Source: Callorhinchus milii
Taxonomy: Eukaryota
Direction: 5' to 3'
Assembly (NCBI RefSeq): GCF_018977255.1
Contig: NW_024704743.1
Span: forward strand, 54,810,001 to 54,874,000
Length of the DNA: 64,000 bases
This document shows positions 50,701-62,975 of this stretch, in pieces. Positions within the stretch are counted from its first letter, which is position 1; each line of letters opens with the position of its first letter. The position numbers were made by a program, and so were the translations under genes. The notes below the pieces were generated by a model. That model did not search any database and was not told the origin of the DNA. It saw only the letters and a program-made list of their open reading frames with translations.

Positions 50701-53700
50701 CTTTTTGCCTCCTCCTTCTCACTCCATTACATTATTTTGCAGGATGAATGTCCCCAAATCCATTATACTTGTTACTGTTACTTAAAGCCAGCACACATGA
50801 CTTGTTTAAGAAACTGCATAATTTTGTAATGGGAAAACTCTTGGGTTAGTATTCTGGGAAGATGAAATCAATAGCTTTTTTTTAAATAAAACTTTTCAGG
50901 AAATCCTAGCAAAAGGAATTCTTCTTCCATTAATCAACCAGTTCAGCGATCCAGACTACATTAATCAGTATATTATATGGATGGTAAGTGGCTTTTGTTT
51001 TGAATATTTTACTGAATTAAATGGCATTCAAACCCCATTTGTGTTTGTTCTACTTAGAAGTAAACTACACCGATAAGTGAAGATGCTGAAAGTATTATTT
51101 GTTTCAGATTCGTGATACTAATTGTAATTATGAAGCCTTTATGAACGTTATCAAATTAAGTGACAAAGTGGCAGAACTCGAAGCAGTGAGAGATAAAGCG
51201 GCGGAGGAGCTACAATATCTTCGATCTTTGGATACAGTTGGTGATGGTAAATTTGTAGTTTTATCTACTTTTGATAAGCAAAATTAATTCTGATGTTTTA
51301 AAATGCCCTAATATTTTGTATAATGTAGTTTAAAAGTACATTTAATGCGTGCCTCTGAGGCATATTGTCTGATTTAAAGAACACTATAATAATTCAGGTA
51401 TATTTGAACTATAATCAATGGTTCATTCTACGAGTGATGGTAGCAGTCCTATAATACAAAAAAGTAATGATAGCCTGCAGTTAATTGTCACTCTGCAAAA
51501 TCAAATTTGTTTCAGAAAATGTTGATTGAATAAATACTTCTGTCACATACCTAAACTTTTTTTTGTCAGCTAAGTATCTGACTCCTTGAAACCAATCACC
51601 ATACGTAAGAGTCTCTGAGCCAAACTGCTAAGAGTTCCACAATTGTATAGATTCCATTTGTTTGGTTTGGAAAGTTCATGTTCTCCCTGGAGGGATGCAT
51701 GTTGCTTAGCTAATCCTGAAAAATTAGGAACATGTTTAGCAAGGGTAGTCTTGGAGATTTCAGGGTATGCATTGGAGTACTGCTAGAGTTTAACTAGGCA
51801 AAACTATGCAACCTACCTGGCAAGCGTCCCACCGCTTGTTCAGCTTAGGAAGAGCCCTATCTCCTAGTAGTTGATCTTATGCACATTGTTCAGAAGTCAG
51901 CTGTACATAGAGTATTTATGGCATATTCTAAACACATGAAAACCTTAACAATGCACAGTGACTGCAGCAATAGGATTCTGCATTCAATATAATTTTCTAA
52001 AAATCAAGTTAATTTGTTCTAATTCAACATTCCATAACCATAGGGCCACCATTTACCTAGATCTATGTTATTTTATCTGCAGAATTAAGCATCATTTGCT
52101 GGAACATGTGTTAGGTGACAGAATTCTCTGAACTTGCCTCTTTGTGACCTACTACAATTTCACAAAACACAAATTATGATAATTATAGCAATAATAATCC
52201 TTGTATTTGATATAGTGCCTTATCATATTGCCACATTGTCTGAAAGCACATCATGGAATATATTGTAAAATGGATTTGACTGGGCGAAACGTGGCAACCA
52301 GTTTGTACACGGCAATGGCCCACAAACAAGCCTTGGAGTGAGTGTCCAATTTTATTTGGGGGATTGTTGGCCAGGACATCGGGAGGAACTCCCTTCAACT
52401 TTAGAATAGTGCCATGGGATTTTCTAATGTCCATCTGAACAGGCAGACAGGACCTCAGGTTAACGTCTCATCTGAAGGACGGCACCTCCAACAGTGCAAT
52501 ACACTCGCACAGCACTGGAATGTCACACTCCCTTAGACTATGTGATTCCAAGTTCCAACTTGACTCTGAGGCGAGAGGGCCACCACTGAGGCAGGCTGCA
52601 ACTTCCTCGCTCGCTCTGGCTCTTGTTTAGGCTTTCTTCCATGTTTCTTGTTGAAGATGTATTTGGTTTTTTTTACACTTTTAAGATAGTGGATATCCAC
52701 TTCTGGTGCTGACAATGCCCGTTGCACAGCTCCAATAAAACACGATTTAAAGGTGGAAAATAGCCTTGAACTTCCCAAACAAAAGCAGCTGAAACAAAAG
52801 GTTGCAATCTTATATAAAGGAATCTGAATAACAGTGAGCCCATGCAACAAGATTAGCTAGTGGTAAAAAGACATGTTCATACCAACCATCTTTTACAAAC
52901 CTGGGGTATGTTACTGTAGCACCTCTGGTTATACACACTCAGAATATATTTGAACTTCCCATCTCCCGTGATGGGATTTAAGGGATTTTCTATTTTTTCT
53001 TTGGAGGAGAAATAATCTAATGTTTTTTTGAAGCAGAAAACCTCTTGGACCTGAGAAGCCTTTAATATTTCAGAGCCTGAATCTGAAGGCAACCCTTCCT
53101 CATATTATGAGCTCCTCCTTGCTTTCAGTACAGTTATTCAATGTAAGGGTGATCTAGAGCTGGAGAGTGTCAGGGTTGTAGGCAGGTCCTGCTTGTCCTG
53201 TCTCCTGGCAAGGCACCAACCAGGATACAAATGCTGAAGAAGAAATGTGTGGTGTCTGTTACCTGGAAGTGAAGAGATTTTGCACCTAGTATGTTTAGAA
53301 GCCAAATTCATGAGAGTAGAGGCACTTTGTGCACAAGTTTAACAGAAACGTTTTTGAGAGCTATTAGGTACTATTGAACATGTTCCAAGTTTTGAGACCC
53401 CTTTAAGCACTGGTGATCCATCCCTAAGTTGTAGTTCTCTGCTGGCAACTCAAAATAGTTCAGAATTTTACACATACACTGAGGGAAGTTTAAGTGGCTT
53501 GCTGAACTAATCAATAGTGTTGATAAGTGAATGTAGGTTCATTTATTTAAGATTGTTTGAATCATATCCTAGTTAATTAAATATTGGCAATCTAGAATAC
53601 TGAAATGTGCCTAACTGATCAAGTCCCAATATATCAAATAATCATTTTAAAATGCTTTAGATAACCTTTCAAACACAAAACAAGTTATAAAGACATTGTA

Positions 53701-56700
53701 CAATTATCTACATTCCCTCTTCCATTATATATGGAGAGTACGGTAGTCATTAATATGTAGAATAATATATATTAGGGGAGTGGAGGTCTCTGCTTTTGAA
53801 GAATATTTGGAAATATGATGTCTAATTGATCCGCTGTTCATATTTGTCAAAATTAGTTAATGAGTGCATTTTATTCTTAATGCTGAAATGTGACTTGAGT
53901 GCATGTTCATTTATTTAAGGTTGTTTGAATTCTATTTAAGCCATTAAATATTAGAAATCTAGAATACTGAAATGTACCTAACTGGGTTTTGCCTTCATCT
54001 TTCATTTTTCAGATATAAACACTATAAAGAATCAAATAAACAGCTTACTATTTGTGAAGAAACTTTGTGAAACAAGAATACAAAGGTTAAACTCAGGAAA
54101 GGTAATTGATTTTATTTATCATGATTATAATCGTTAAAGTTCATGTTGGCATTTCTTAATTTTGGTTAGTTTTCTATGTTGGTAAAATGGAAAAGTATCA
54201 GAATAGAAAGTAAAAAACATGATAACATTCTAATTCTATCTTCAATTCTATGTGTGATGTAATTCAATTCAATTTGTAATTCAAAATACGAGGATTAATT
54301 GAAAATTAATTTGTGTTTTCCCAATTGTTTTTAAGTTGAATGTTAATGAATTGCCTTATTTTTGTTGTTACTTTTAATAATCCTTTTTTGCTAAAATTGG
54401 AATAGTTTAATCAACAAAATATTTTTTTTTGTCTATCCTCAATGTACATAAAAGTAACGCTATCGAATGCAGAAAAACACTTAAAGAAACCAATTAGGGT
54501 TAGGGTTAGGAGGATTATGGTATGTATGACCAAGGGCAAGATATTGTTAAAGTACACTGAAGCATTACCTCCAGCTTTAGTCACAATTTCCTCCAGATTC
54601 AAAGTGGTTTTGAGTGAGAGACTCGGGTGTTGGCATATAGCCTAAGATCAGTTGATTTTAACATTCCCTTTGGTGGAACGTTGGGCATGGTCCAAAGGAG
54701 ATGCCTTCAGGTTTGGAAGCGATTCAAAGTTTGTTTATGACAGTTCTGACATAAAATAGGAAGTAATGACTAATTTTAAAGCCCCCGTACCTATAATCTC
54801 TCCTTTTTTTTAAAGAAAAAAGTGAGGGATTGATCGTGGACTCCAAATCCTCCCAGAAATAAAACAGTCTGAGGATTTTTAGAATGCGTATTATTTAGCA
54901 AACAAGACCTTTCTTCAACATCTAGCTGGATTTATTGAAATATCTAGCAAAAATGTATCTCCTAATGTGGCACCAATCCCAGTATTGACCATGGGGCAGA
55001 TAGGTTGCAAGAGGTTTGTTGCTCTGGTACAGGAAATGAAACCTTTGTACCTATATTCCTGGATAAACTCCTATCTCTTTGAATACATTGCTTAAATTCC
55101 AGATAAGCTAAAAGTTGAAGTTACAGAATCCTTTCTAGGCCACAGTAATAATAATAATAATAATAATCCTTGCATTTGATATAGCGCTTTTCACGTCGGG
55201 AGGACGTCCCAAAGCGCTTCACAAAACACACTGTAAAGTGAATTGACTGTATATTTGTGGGCGAACGCGGCAGCCAATTGCGCACAGCAATGTCCCACAA
55301 ACAGTCGTAGATTGAAAATGACCCAATTTTTTTTTTATTATTGTTTTTTGTTTTTTTTGGAGGGATTATTATTATCTTGTTGATACTCGTCAACAAGGTG
55401 ATGTCTCACCACTGTAATCATAGACAGACTGCAGACATGGTTGGGAAGAGAGACTGCAGACATGGATGCAGTGGGCATGGAGAGAAGGAATAACATGACC
55501 AAATCCAGTGGCAGCCGGTTTCATAGCCAAGACCAATAATTTATATTTTGAAATAGACTGAGAACAGGAGAACTGTCTGCAATTGTTGTAGGCCTAGAAG
55601 CTTTCTTGCTTAAAAGCAGATATTTGAAAAGGTTAATGATGTCCTTTGAGAACACAGACTTCAGATGAAGTGCACATATACATACCAAATGTTGCACACA
55701 TCAGTTTTGAACCCTGCACCTGCTTGATTTGTTAATCAAGTTAATCAAGTAAGTTAATGAAACCAGTATATGAAGCCTTCGCTTTGGACTACACCCAAAT
55801 CTTTACTGAAGGCAGTCAGTTGGCTGAGGTTTAAGCCAGTACAGAACTTTAATGGCTATAGTTTAAACTTCAATTCTATGGTGGGTAGCCATAAGTATTA
55901 AGAGAATTTAAGACAGGAAGATTCAGTGATGCCTTGCAAAGTTATTCTGGTACTTTGTAGATTTAAGTCTTTCTAGGCTCAGGGAGGGATGGTGGTAAAT
56001 GCTGTGTGTTGACATATTTCAAATATATTTTATATATATATAATATATAACAAATATAGGCACTATATCAAATGCAAGGATTATTGTTATATATGCAAAG
56101 AACACAAGTAATGTTCCATATGGTTTAGAGAAACTGGAGTGAGACTCCTGAGGGTATAAATTGTCATGGCCAGTGCTGGGTGTCTGGTTTGTCATTTGGA
56201 ATTTAAATATTAAGATTTAATATAGTACCAATTTTAACCAGTTCTTGTAGTTTATTCTATGTATAAACTGCAGGTACAATTTTTATTAATATTCTGTTTT
56301 TGCAATTATATATATTATTGTTCAGTCTTTCATTCTGAAATCTGAATTCACACTTCAGTTTCTATTTTCAGTAATTTTAATGTATTGAGTTGAAAGAGTG
56401 AAAGCAGAGAAAAGCAAATTGCAAATTATGAACTTTGCTTTTGTACTTCGACCATAATCCTCTTCCCTTGACCTTCAGATTTATGGTTTATATTGGTCTA
56501 ATCTAAAATGAAATCTTTGTGTCTTGTGAAATAGAAATTGGGATGTTATCTGTTCAGTCCAAGTATCGTAGTACATCAATTCTCTTTGACTAAATCAAAT
56601 TGTGAATGCTTGCCCTGTGTAACTTAATCTCTGACTGCTGAATTAAAAATGAAACTAAATTCTAGATAATTGGGTTAGTCGTTACCAATTCCAGTTCCGT

Positions 56701-59700
56701 GGAGGCTAGCATTCAAGCCTAGTTATAGACTGAATAAATAACAATGACGTCCTTGGAATTATTACAAGGCAGTGATGATATTGAGATGTCATAAAACACC
56801 AACAACAACAAAATTACATTTGTGGAGCGCCTTTCACATCGGGAGGACATCTCAAAGCGCTAAAAAACACAAGAGCAAAGGTTCATCAGCCTCAGCTTTG
56901 CAATTATAGCTTTCAAGTGACTCATTTATGTTTTATAATTAGTTGTCTGTTGCATTTATTTAGTTGGAAGAGCTGAGTTTTGTTATCTGTGCAGATAGCC
57001 AATGGGCTCTCCATACTTCTCGTTTTGCACTGGTAAACTGATGCCTTTTGGTTTATCAAATCATAATTCAGTCAATTACCAGAAAACAAAAGAAAAAGTA
57101 ATGTACGTTCTATCGATTACACTGTCTTTCAAAAAGCCATTTTTTTCCAGCTGTTACAAAAAGATTTATTTTAGAGTTATTTTTTTCATAATTTTCAATT
57201 AAAAATTTCAAACTGCTTTAGAGCTGCCATATTGGGTGATGGGAAAATGTTTAGGTTTTTAGCAACAATCTGCCCTTCAGGTTTTATACAATCAGCTTAA
57301 TTTTCTAAACTTTGAAAACTTGATTTAGTTCAGATGTATTTTTGTCTCCAAAAGTGTCATTCAGAATCACCAACACTAATTGGAATTATGCCATAAATTT
57401 TACCATGGTGTCATGCATCTATGACAGGTTGGCTTAGCTGGTAGCACTCTCACCTTTTAGCTTTTATTTCTTCCAGGTTAGAAGATGATAGGTAAATAAT
57501 AAAACTCTTGTCAGCTATCCAAGCTATAGAAGAGAACTCTCACTGCAAGTGTAATGTTATTGTTATATATTCTATTTTAGGTTACTGCCAGAAAGTGTTT
57601 AATCATGGGTTTTATGCTGTGAGCTCATGTCAACAAGCCTAATGAGTTCTTTTGCACGCATTGAAGGGAGTCTATATTTCCGCTAGGTTCAAACATTCAA
57701 ATTTAGATGGATTGATTCAGTCAGTTTCTGGAGTCGTTCTTAAATGTCCATTTCAAAGCTGGTTGCAATTTTAAAAAAAATAGCTTTCTTCTGTTTAGTC
57801 AAACCAAATACTTCGCTAATTAATAGCAGTGAGCTTTATTGGCAAAACTGCAAACAAAGCATGAATATTAAAATCACTGAACTTGCAATCCTATATTTGA
57901 AGAAACATTCTTAATAATAAAGGACATTGATCTTATTGAATTTTTAGTATCTTATGGTTATAACATCTTTGAGATACCAAGAGACTCTTTTCACAGACAA
58001 AACCACCGGGTTAGAACAAAGATTATGCAGTGCCATATAAATTATTAAAGACAATAATAATCCATGCATTTGATATCATGTCAGAAGGACATCTCAGGAT
58101 TTATTGTAAAGTAGTGGCTTTATATTTTGTAATTAACTGAAACTAATTTTAAAATGATTATTAATAAAATTGGTGTTAACCTGGCTCAGTTGGTATCACT
58201 GTTGCCTCTGTGTCAGAAGATTCAAAGCCTCACGTTGGGCCTTTGAATTACCATAGTCTAGGCTGACATTCCCAATGCAGTGCAGTATTGTTAGATTGCT
58301 GCATTGTTGGGGGTGCCATTCTTCGGATGAAACATTAAACCGAGGGCCTGTTTATCTGTTCAGGTGAATGTTAAAGATGCCATTCAAAAAGAGAAGGAAG
58401 TTTCTGCTGGTGTCCTTGTCAAAAATCCCCTAAGAAAATTTGTCATTTAAGTCATGGCAGTTTGTAGGATATTGCTATGTGTTTCACTCTATGTATAATT
58501 CTGTCATTATACTGTATGTTTAACATAGAACTGCTCTGTAATAATACAGCATAAAAACATGACAAAACATAGGCCATTCAGATCATTTGATATTGTATTA
58601 GTTAATGATACCTCTTTCGTTCTCATCCAGTTTCGCCTTTTCTCTTTATCCCCAATGTCTTTGTTTCACAATTATTTACCTCTTTAACACCTCAGATGAT
58701 AATCTTTGTGCCTTTTGGGGCAATGTATTCCATATTCTTAAAACCCTTTGTGGGAAATGTTCTTTGGATTCAGTCAGTTTAAAATCAGTGTATCTCTAAT
58801 TTTAAACTTATGTCCCCCATCTATCTTGTTGATTCGCTTTTTATTATTAAATGCTTTAAATCAATCATCCCATAACCTCCTCAACTCCAGAGAAAGTCAT
58901 ACAGTTATACAGCTTCATCATAGCTAAATGTCGTCATCCCAGATATGATGCTGGTGAATCAAGGACAGTATATCCTTCCTCAGGTGGGGTACCCAAGACT
59001 GACCATAATACGTCAGATAAGGTCTGATCATCACTCTGATACTGCAGTAGTGCTTTCTTGCTTTTACTTGGTCTATGTCTTGAAGCATAAACTTCACAAT
59101 GTTGCTAGTAACTCAGAACTATAGAAACATGGCTGCCTTCTGAACTGAAAGAGTTCATTTGGCCCATGATCCATACCATTACAGTGAACCCCCGGCTTAC
59201 CCAGACTCCAAATATCTGAAATTTCCCAAAAGGGAAATTTATATTTCTGTGTACCGTGTGTGAACTCTTGCCGACCAGGTATATCGACTTTGACTCAGTT
59301 TGAATTAGCTTATTCGCTATCTTCTGCTTCAGGTTTCAAACAATTGCAATGAGTTACTGGCATTTACCAGCATTTTCTGGCATTGAAAAAGGGCAGTAAA
59401 TGCCGGTACGGGCATTCTAATTACACTTAGTCAGAAATTCCAGCACTAGAAAATTCCCCCCATTAGTCCAGCTAGCCGAGGTTTTAGTGTATTGCTTTTG
59501 TGGTGCTCTTTTTAGTAATTCCACCTTCCAGCTCTTTATAATAATAATAATAATAATCCTTGCATTTGATATAGCGCTTTTCACGTCAGGAGGACGTCCC
59601 AAAGCGCTTCACAGAACACACTGTAAAGTGAATTGACTGTATATTTGTGGGCGAACACGGCAGCCAATTGCGCACAGCAATGTCCCACAAACATTGTCTT

Positions 59701-62700
59701 TCCCCATGTCCCTTACTCATTTTAAAACAGGAGTTAATTGAAGTTCCATTGTACAAATAACATTAATAGAGCACTCTGATCGAGAACTTGCACATGCAAA
59801 TTGAGTTCTTCATAGAGCAAATTTTTATTGTGAATCAAACTGTAATTTATAATGTGATAACTGCAGATGAATTATGTTATGCTGATTGATTGCAAACATG
59901 TTTCCTAGTAAACTGAAGAATTGTACAATTCATAAATAAAATGGTTTGTAATTCAGTTAATTGACTTTCAGTTTATTGACTTTCAGTTCTGATTCTATTT
60001 AATGATATTTACAGGGCTTATCTTTAGAAACCAACATTAAAACCACTGTTTCCTTCAGTTATGGCTATGTATTTTTTTATGATTGGGCACATCATCCTGG
60101 AAAAAACGATCTAATTTCCCGTATCTCTTTTGGTTGAACCAATTGTAATTTATTCTATAACTGCTTAAAATCACTTGCTTTTAATAATTCAACAAATATG
60201 CACTTCATCCTAATTTATAAACCAAAACAACACTTGTACATATTCATTGATGGTTCCCTTCTATTTTTTAATTGCCTTATTGAAATTTTTACATTATTTT
60301 ATGTGAATATTATATAAAATCCTTTTGATTATTAATATTTGCTTCCTTGTAATAATATTTACACAAAGTCGGGCTGAGTCAACTTTTCTCAAAGCTTGCA
60401 GTAGGGGGATGTTTTCCAGCTACTAATTGTGTTTTCTCTTTTAATCTACAGGAAGTAGATACCCTCAAACTTGCAACAAATTTTGGCAAACTTTGCACAA
60501 TTCCCTTAGACAGTATTCTTGTGAGCAATGTTGCATTACAGTTTTTCATGGGTAAGTATTAGACATTTATAAATTCAGATTAGGGATACAGCAACTTGCA
60601 TTTGTAATGGACCTTTTGCATATTTAACATCTCAACCTTTTATTTATGGAATAAACCATTCTATTTAAAGGTTTGATTGAATAATTGACACATATTTATG
60701 TCAACATCTACATTTTTACAGAGAAGTTGAAACATTTTGGAAATCGACATTCATTTAAAATGTATAAACGTTTAGATCTAATTTTCCCCCCACCTCGCCC
60801 CTGTCCCCCATCTAATATGTCTGTTGCTCTGTATTTATAAGTATTTTTAATATAAAAGAGAATACAGTGGCAGAACTGCAAATGGGAACAGAACAGAGGT
60901 TGTTTACAGGCCTCTGTAACCAGCACAAAAGGTGCACAAAACCCGCACTTAGTAGGTTCCATGATAGCTGAGAATTGGAACTTGTGTCATGGGGTCATCG
61001 GAGGCAAAAACTCATGCTATTCTTGCATGAGCTTGTGATTCGCACAGAGGATTTTAGGACAAAAAATGCTCTACAAAAAATGGTGATTGAAGCAGAATTC
61101 ATAATAGCTTTTAAAAGGGAATAAGACAAAACATCTGAAAATGATAGAATGAAATGGGGAGGGGGTGGGGGGCAGGAGAGTGAGACTAAATAAATAGATC
61201 TTACAGAGAGCAGGTATTTAGGCACAATGGATTGAATGACCTTCAGTGCTGAAAAATTTTGATTCTATTCCTTATCGCGATTGTAGGTAAGCAGGATGCA
61301 TCCCTCCAGGGAGAGGGTGCGTATTCCATGCCAACAAATATATCTGGAATTGGTGGAATAAATGTGATGGAACTCTTTGATTTGGATACTCTTAAACATA
61401 GTGATAGGTTTTCGTATGTGTCAGACACCTGGCTGGCCCAAAAAAAAGTATTCAGGGCTACAGAGCTGAAATTTTTTATTTCTAATAAATTTGCAATCAA
61501 CTGGGTCCAAGCGAAAATAGCAGTTTTGTCTTGTTCTTTCAGATTATCAGCTCTCCAATTACAACTCTATTGTATGAACTTGCTGGAAATGTAGAATTTG
61601 CTGGTAATGAATTAAGATCAATAAAACTGTAGCAATGTTACTTTTACAAATATTGTGGGCATGCTATCACGTACCAGAATACAACCTCTGTATAACTGTT
61701 GGATCGTTTGAAGAATATTTTTGTTTGCCAGAAAAGGATGTGATGCTACACTACATTAACTTGATATCCTGAAATTATAATATGAAATTATTTAATGGCT
61801 CGCGCTAAAAGTTGCTTATCTTTCTTGTGACAGATTATATGCAACAGACTGGGGGACAGGCCCATCTCTTCTTCTGGTTAACTGTGGAAGGCTACCGAGT
61901 TACTGCACAGCAGCAGCTGGAAGTGTTACGCAGCCCACAAAGAGATGGAAAAAGGCAGAACAACCAGACCAAAGGATTGCTGCATGTAGCAGCTGTTGGT
62001 GTTTATGAACAGTATTTATCAGAGAAGGTAAGCTTATAATATTCCCAGTGGTTTCAAATACAGTAATTGATGAAATGCAAGATTGTTTTTCTTTTCATAA
62101 AACCAAGCATAGTTTTGGTTTTGGGCAATAGTAACGTACCCATTTTGATTTATGCGTGATATTTGTTTAGTAGAGAGAGAACCCATCCAGTTAGGAAGCT
62201 TTCTTACCCCTTTCCCTTAATGTCCATTTGTGACCAATAAATATTGTTTTCTCATTCTCTAAACATTTATGATTCCCATGCAGTCTTCTATGTGGAACAG
62301 CATTGGAACTTACTTTGTATAAAGTATTTAACAAAGGATGAGATTTATTAGGATGTTATATAACCTTCAGTTTTTAAAACAAAAGACTTACAAACAGAAT
62401 TGCTCTGTTTTCTTTTCCCACTTTACTAAACTCACACATTTTTGAACGCTCTGTTATAGACAGCAGAAAGGATGAAGCAATGATGATGGTGAAAACAGTT
62501 TTTCCATTTAAAATATTAACAATTTATTTTCTCCAAATACAGGCATCTCCAAGAGTCCATGTAGATGATAATTTGGTCGCTAAATTGGCAGAGAAGTTAA
62601 ATCATGAAGATCCTACTCCAGAAATATTTGATGACATTCAAAGAAAAGTAGGTTTAAAGAAATAAAAAGCCATTCTCCTTATACCTGGTGGGAAATTATG

Positions 62701-62975
62701 TGATTCTGCCTCCCTATATATGCCCTCCTTTTTGTGTATGTCTGTGTGACATAAGCACATAAAGGTTTTCTCTAAATGTGCAAATATAGAAATGTACATG
62801 TTTTAAGACTAAAGGTTAATTGTGTTTTACATTTATGTTAAGGTCTATGATATGATGCTGAAAGAAGAACGATTCTACCCCTCTTTCAGGCAAAACCTGC
62901 TTTATGTGCGGATGTTGGCTGAGCTAGACATGTTGAAAGACCCAAGTATCAGAGGGTCAGATGACGGAGACTTGG
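26660..62975 (+). CDS. SNX13: Sorting nexin 13 (RGS-PX1), partial multi-exon gene: exons 2-15 in window, 3' exons beyond window end
   Basis: 14 AG/GT-bounded exons with compatible phases splice to 1582 nt of open frame, [23 protein letters not shown]...[19 protein letters not shown]...[15 protein letters not shown]...RGSDDGDL. This is colinear with vertebrate SNX13 as I recall it (TM, PXA, RGS). Confidence 0.97.
27780..28162 (+). mobile_element. Deu-type SINE
   Basis: tggctcagttggtagcatgctcagctctgagtc head and ctgcctgttcaggtggatgtt core. Confidence 0.8.
28163..28812 (-). mobile_element. Two tandem L2 3'-end fragments
   Basis: Two L2-type tails (28163 and 28537), each followed by 3'UTR/ORF-end sequence shared with other L2 copies. 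Confidence 0.75.
30342..30444 (+). CDS. SNX13: SNX13 exon 3
   Basis: ttacag|AGG...CAAA|gtaaga; 103 nt; [34 protein letters not shown]. Confidence 0.95.
30858..31172 (-). mobile_element. Young full-length short SINE with tRNA-like head
   Basis: Head identical over a long stretch to 19365-19430; CpGs are largely intact. Confidence 0.92.
31430..32693 (+). mobile_element. Two tandem L2 3' fragments (31430-32003 and 32004-32693)
   Basis: [25 protein letters not shown] and [13 protein letters not shown] motifs; each ends in ...tacaaatgtaat..ttgttgttg. Confidence 0.9.
35324..36230 (+). mobile_element. tRNA-like SINE head directly abutting an ~820-bp L2 3' fragment
   Basis: Head ggagtcctgtaacgtattggttaaagcactcgtctcgcaagcgag...gggcgaaa, then [17 protein letters not shown] and [18 protein letters not shown]. 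Confidence 0.8.
36370..36459 (+). CDS. SNX13: SNX13 exon 4
   Basis: tttaag|GCT...CAG|gtgtgt; 90 nt; [30 protein letters not shown]. Confidence 0.95.
38435..38556 (+). CDS. SNX13: SNX13 exon 5 (PXA domain)
   Basis: tttcag|GTC...AAG|gtgagt; 122 nt; [40 protein letters not shown]. Confidence 0.96.
38812..39198 (-). mobile_element. L2 3'-end fragment
   Basis: [25 protein letters not shown] plus the L2 tail. Confidence 0.88.
39770..39888 (+). CDS. SNX13: SNX13 exon 6 (PXA domain)
   Basis: taatag|GTC...AAAG|gtaaga; 119 nt; [39 protein letters not shown]. Confidence 0.94.
40578..41610 (-). mobile_element. CR1 LINE, 5'-truncated, RT C-terminal half
   Basis: [20 protein letters not shown]...[11 protein letters not shown]...[34 protein letters not shown]...[13 protein letters not shown]. 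Confidence 0.95.
42716..42817 (+). CDS. SNX13: SNX13 exon 7
   Basis: tttcag|ATA...GAAG|gtttgt; 102 nt; [33 protein letters not shown]. Confidence 0.95.
43048..43918 (+). mobile_element. Penelope-like element remnant with GIY-YIG endonuclease fragment and inverted termini
   Basis: tacatcggtgagaccaaacgcagattgggtgatcgctttgccgaacac = [16 protein letters not shown], then HFNS, EEQHFIY and LQPSG. 43075-43171 is the inverted copy of 43814-43918. Confidence 0.85.
43926..44352 (-). mobile_element. SINE interrupted by an L2 3' end (43974-44225)
   Basis: SINE tail sequence is split at ctagac, which appears on both sides of the L2 insert. Confidence 0.85.
46133..46221 (+). CDS. SNX13: SNX13 exon 8
   Basis: tttcag|CGT...GAGG|gtaaga; 89 nt; [29 protein letters not shown]. 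Confidence 0.96.
46956..47793. mobile_element. Probable non-autonomous DNA transposon / MITE (hAT-like)
   Basis: Inverted termini ggccaatagaaaattg (46960-46975) and caattttctattggccctg (47775-47793); cccatag occurs on both flanks. Confidence 0.6.
48753..48866. repeat. Near-perfect ~114-bp palindrome centred on (TG)n(TA)n(CA)n
   Basis: atgctagtttttcatggacagatttaatatttcc ... agaaatattaaatctgtcagtgaaaaactagcat. Confidence 0.9.
49080..50080 (+). mobile_element. Cluster of decayed L2 fragments
   Basis: L2 tails at ~49240-49277 and ~49685-49743, plus ORF-end remnants. Confidence 0.7.
50900..50983 (+). CDS. SNX13: SNX13 exon 9
   Basis: tttcag|GAA...ATG|gtaagt; 84 nt; [28 protein letters not shown]. 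Confidence 0.96.
51108..51246 (+). CDS. SNX13: SNX13 exon 10
   Basis: tttcag|ATT...GATG|gtaaat; 139 nt; [46 protein letters not shown]. Confidence 0.96.
52188..52592 (-). mobile_element. Deu-type SINE
   Basis: ttggaggtgccgtccttcagatgagacgttaacc core, tRNA-like head and shared tail. Confidence 0.85.
54013..54101 (+). CDS. SNX13: SNX13 exon 11
   Basis: tttcag|ATA...AAG|gtaatt; 89 nt; [29 protein letters not shown]. Confidence 0.96.
55146..55375 (-). mobile_element. Young 5'-truncated SINE
   Basis: Near-identical to the 25232 and 30858 copies. Confidence 0.92.
58178..58482 (+). mobile_element. Deu-type SINE
   Basis: cctggctcagttggtatcact head and ggtgccattcttcggatgaaacattaaaccgaggg core. Confidence 0.8.
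59538..59693 (-). mobile_element. Young SINE 3' fragment
   Basis: Near-identical to the 25232, 30858 and 55146 copies. Confidence 0.9.
60452..60551 (+). CDS. SNX13: SNX13 exon 12 (start of RGS domain)
   Basis: ctacag|GAA...ATGG|gtaagt; 100 nt; [33 protein letters not shown]. Confidence 0.96.
61834..62027 (+). CDS. SNX13: SNX13 exon 13 (RGS domain)
   Basis: tgacag|ATT...AAG|gtaagc; 194 nt; [64 protein letters not shown]. Confidence 0.97.
62543..62647 (+). CDS. SNX13: SNX13 exon 14 (RGS domain)
   Basis: atacag|GCA...AAA|gtaggt; 105 nt; [35 protein letters not shown]. Confidence 0.96.
62843..62975 (+). CDS. SNX13: SNX13 exon 15
   Basis: gttaag|GTC...TTGG|gtatgt; 133 nt; [44 protein letters not shown]. 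Confidence 0.96.

Noticed and set aside
54494..54510. Interstitial telomere-like (TTAGGG) repeat, ~3 units
   Set aside because: Too short to distinguish from chance or slippage.
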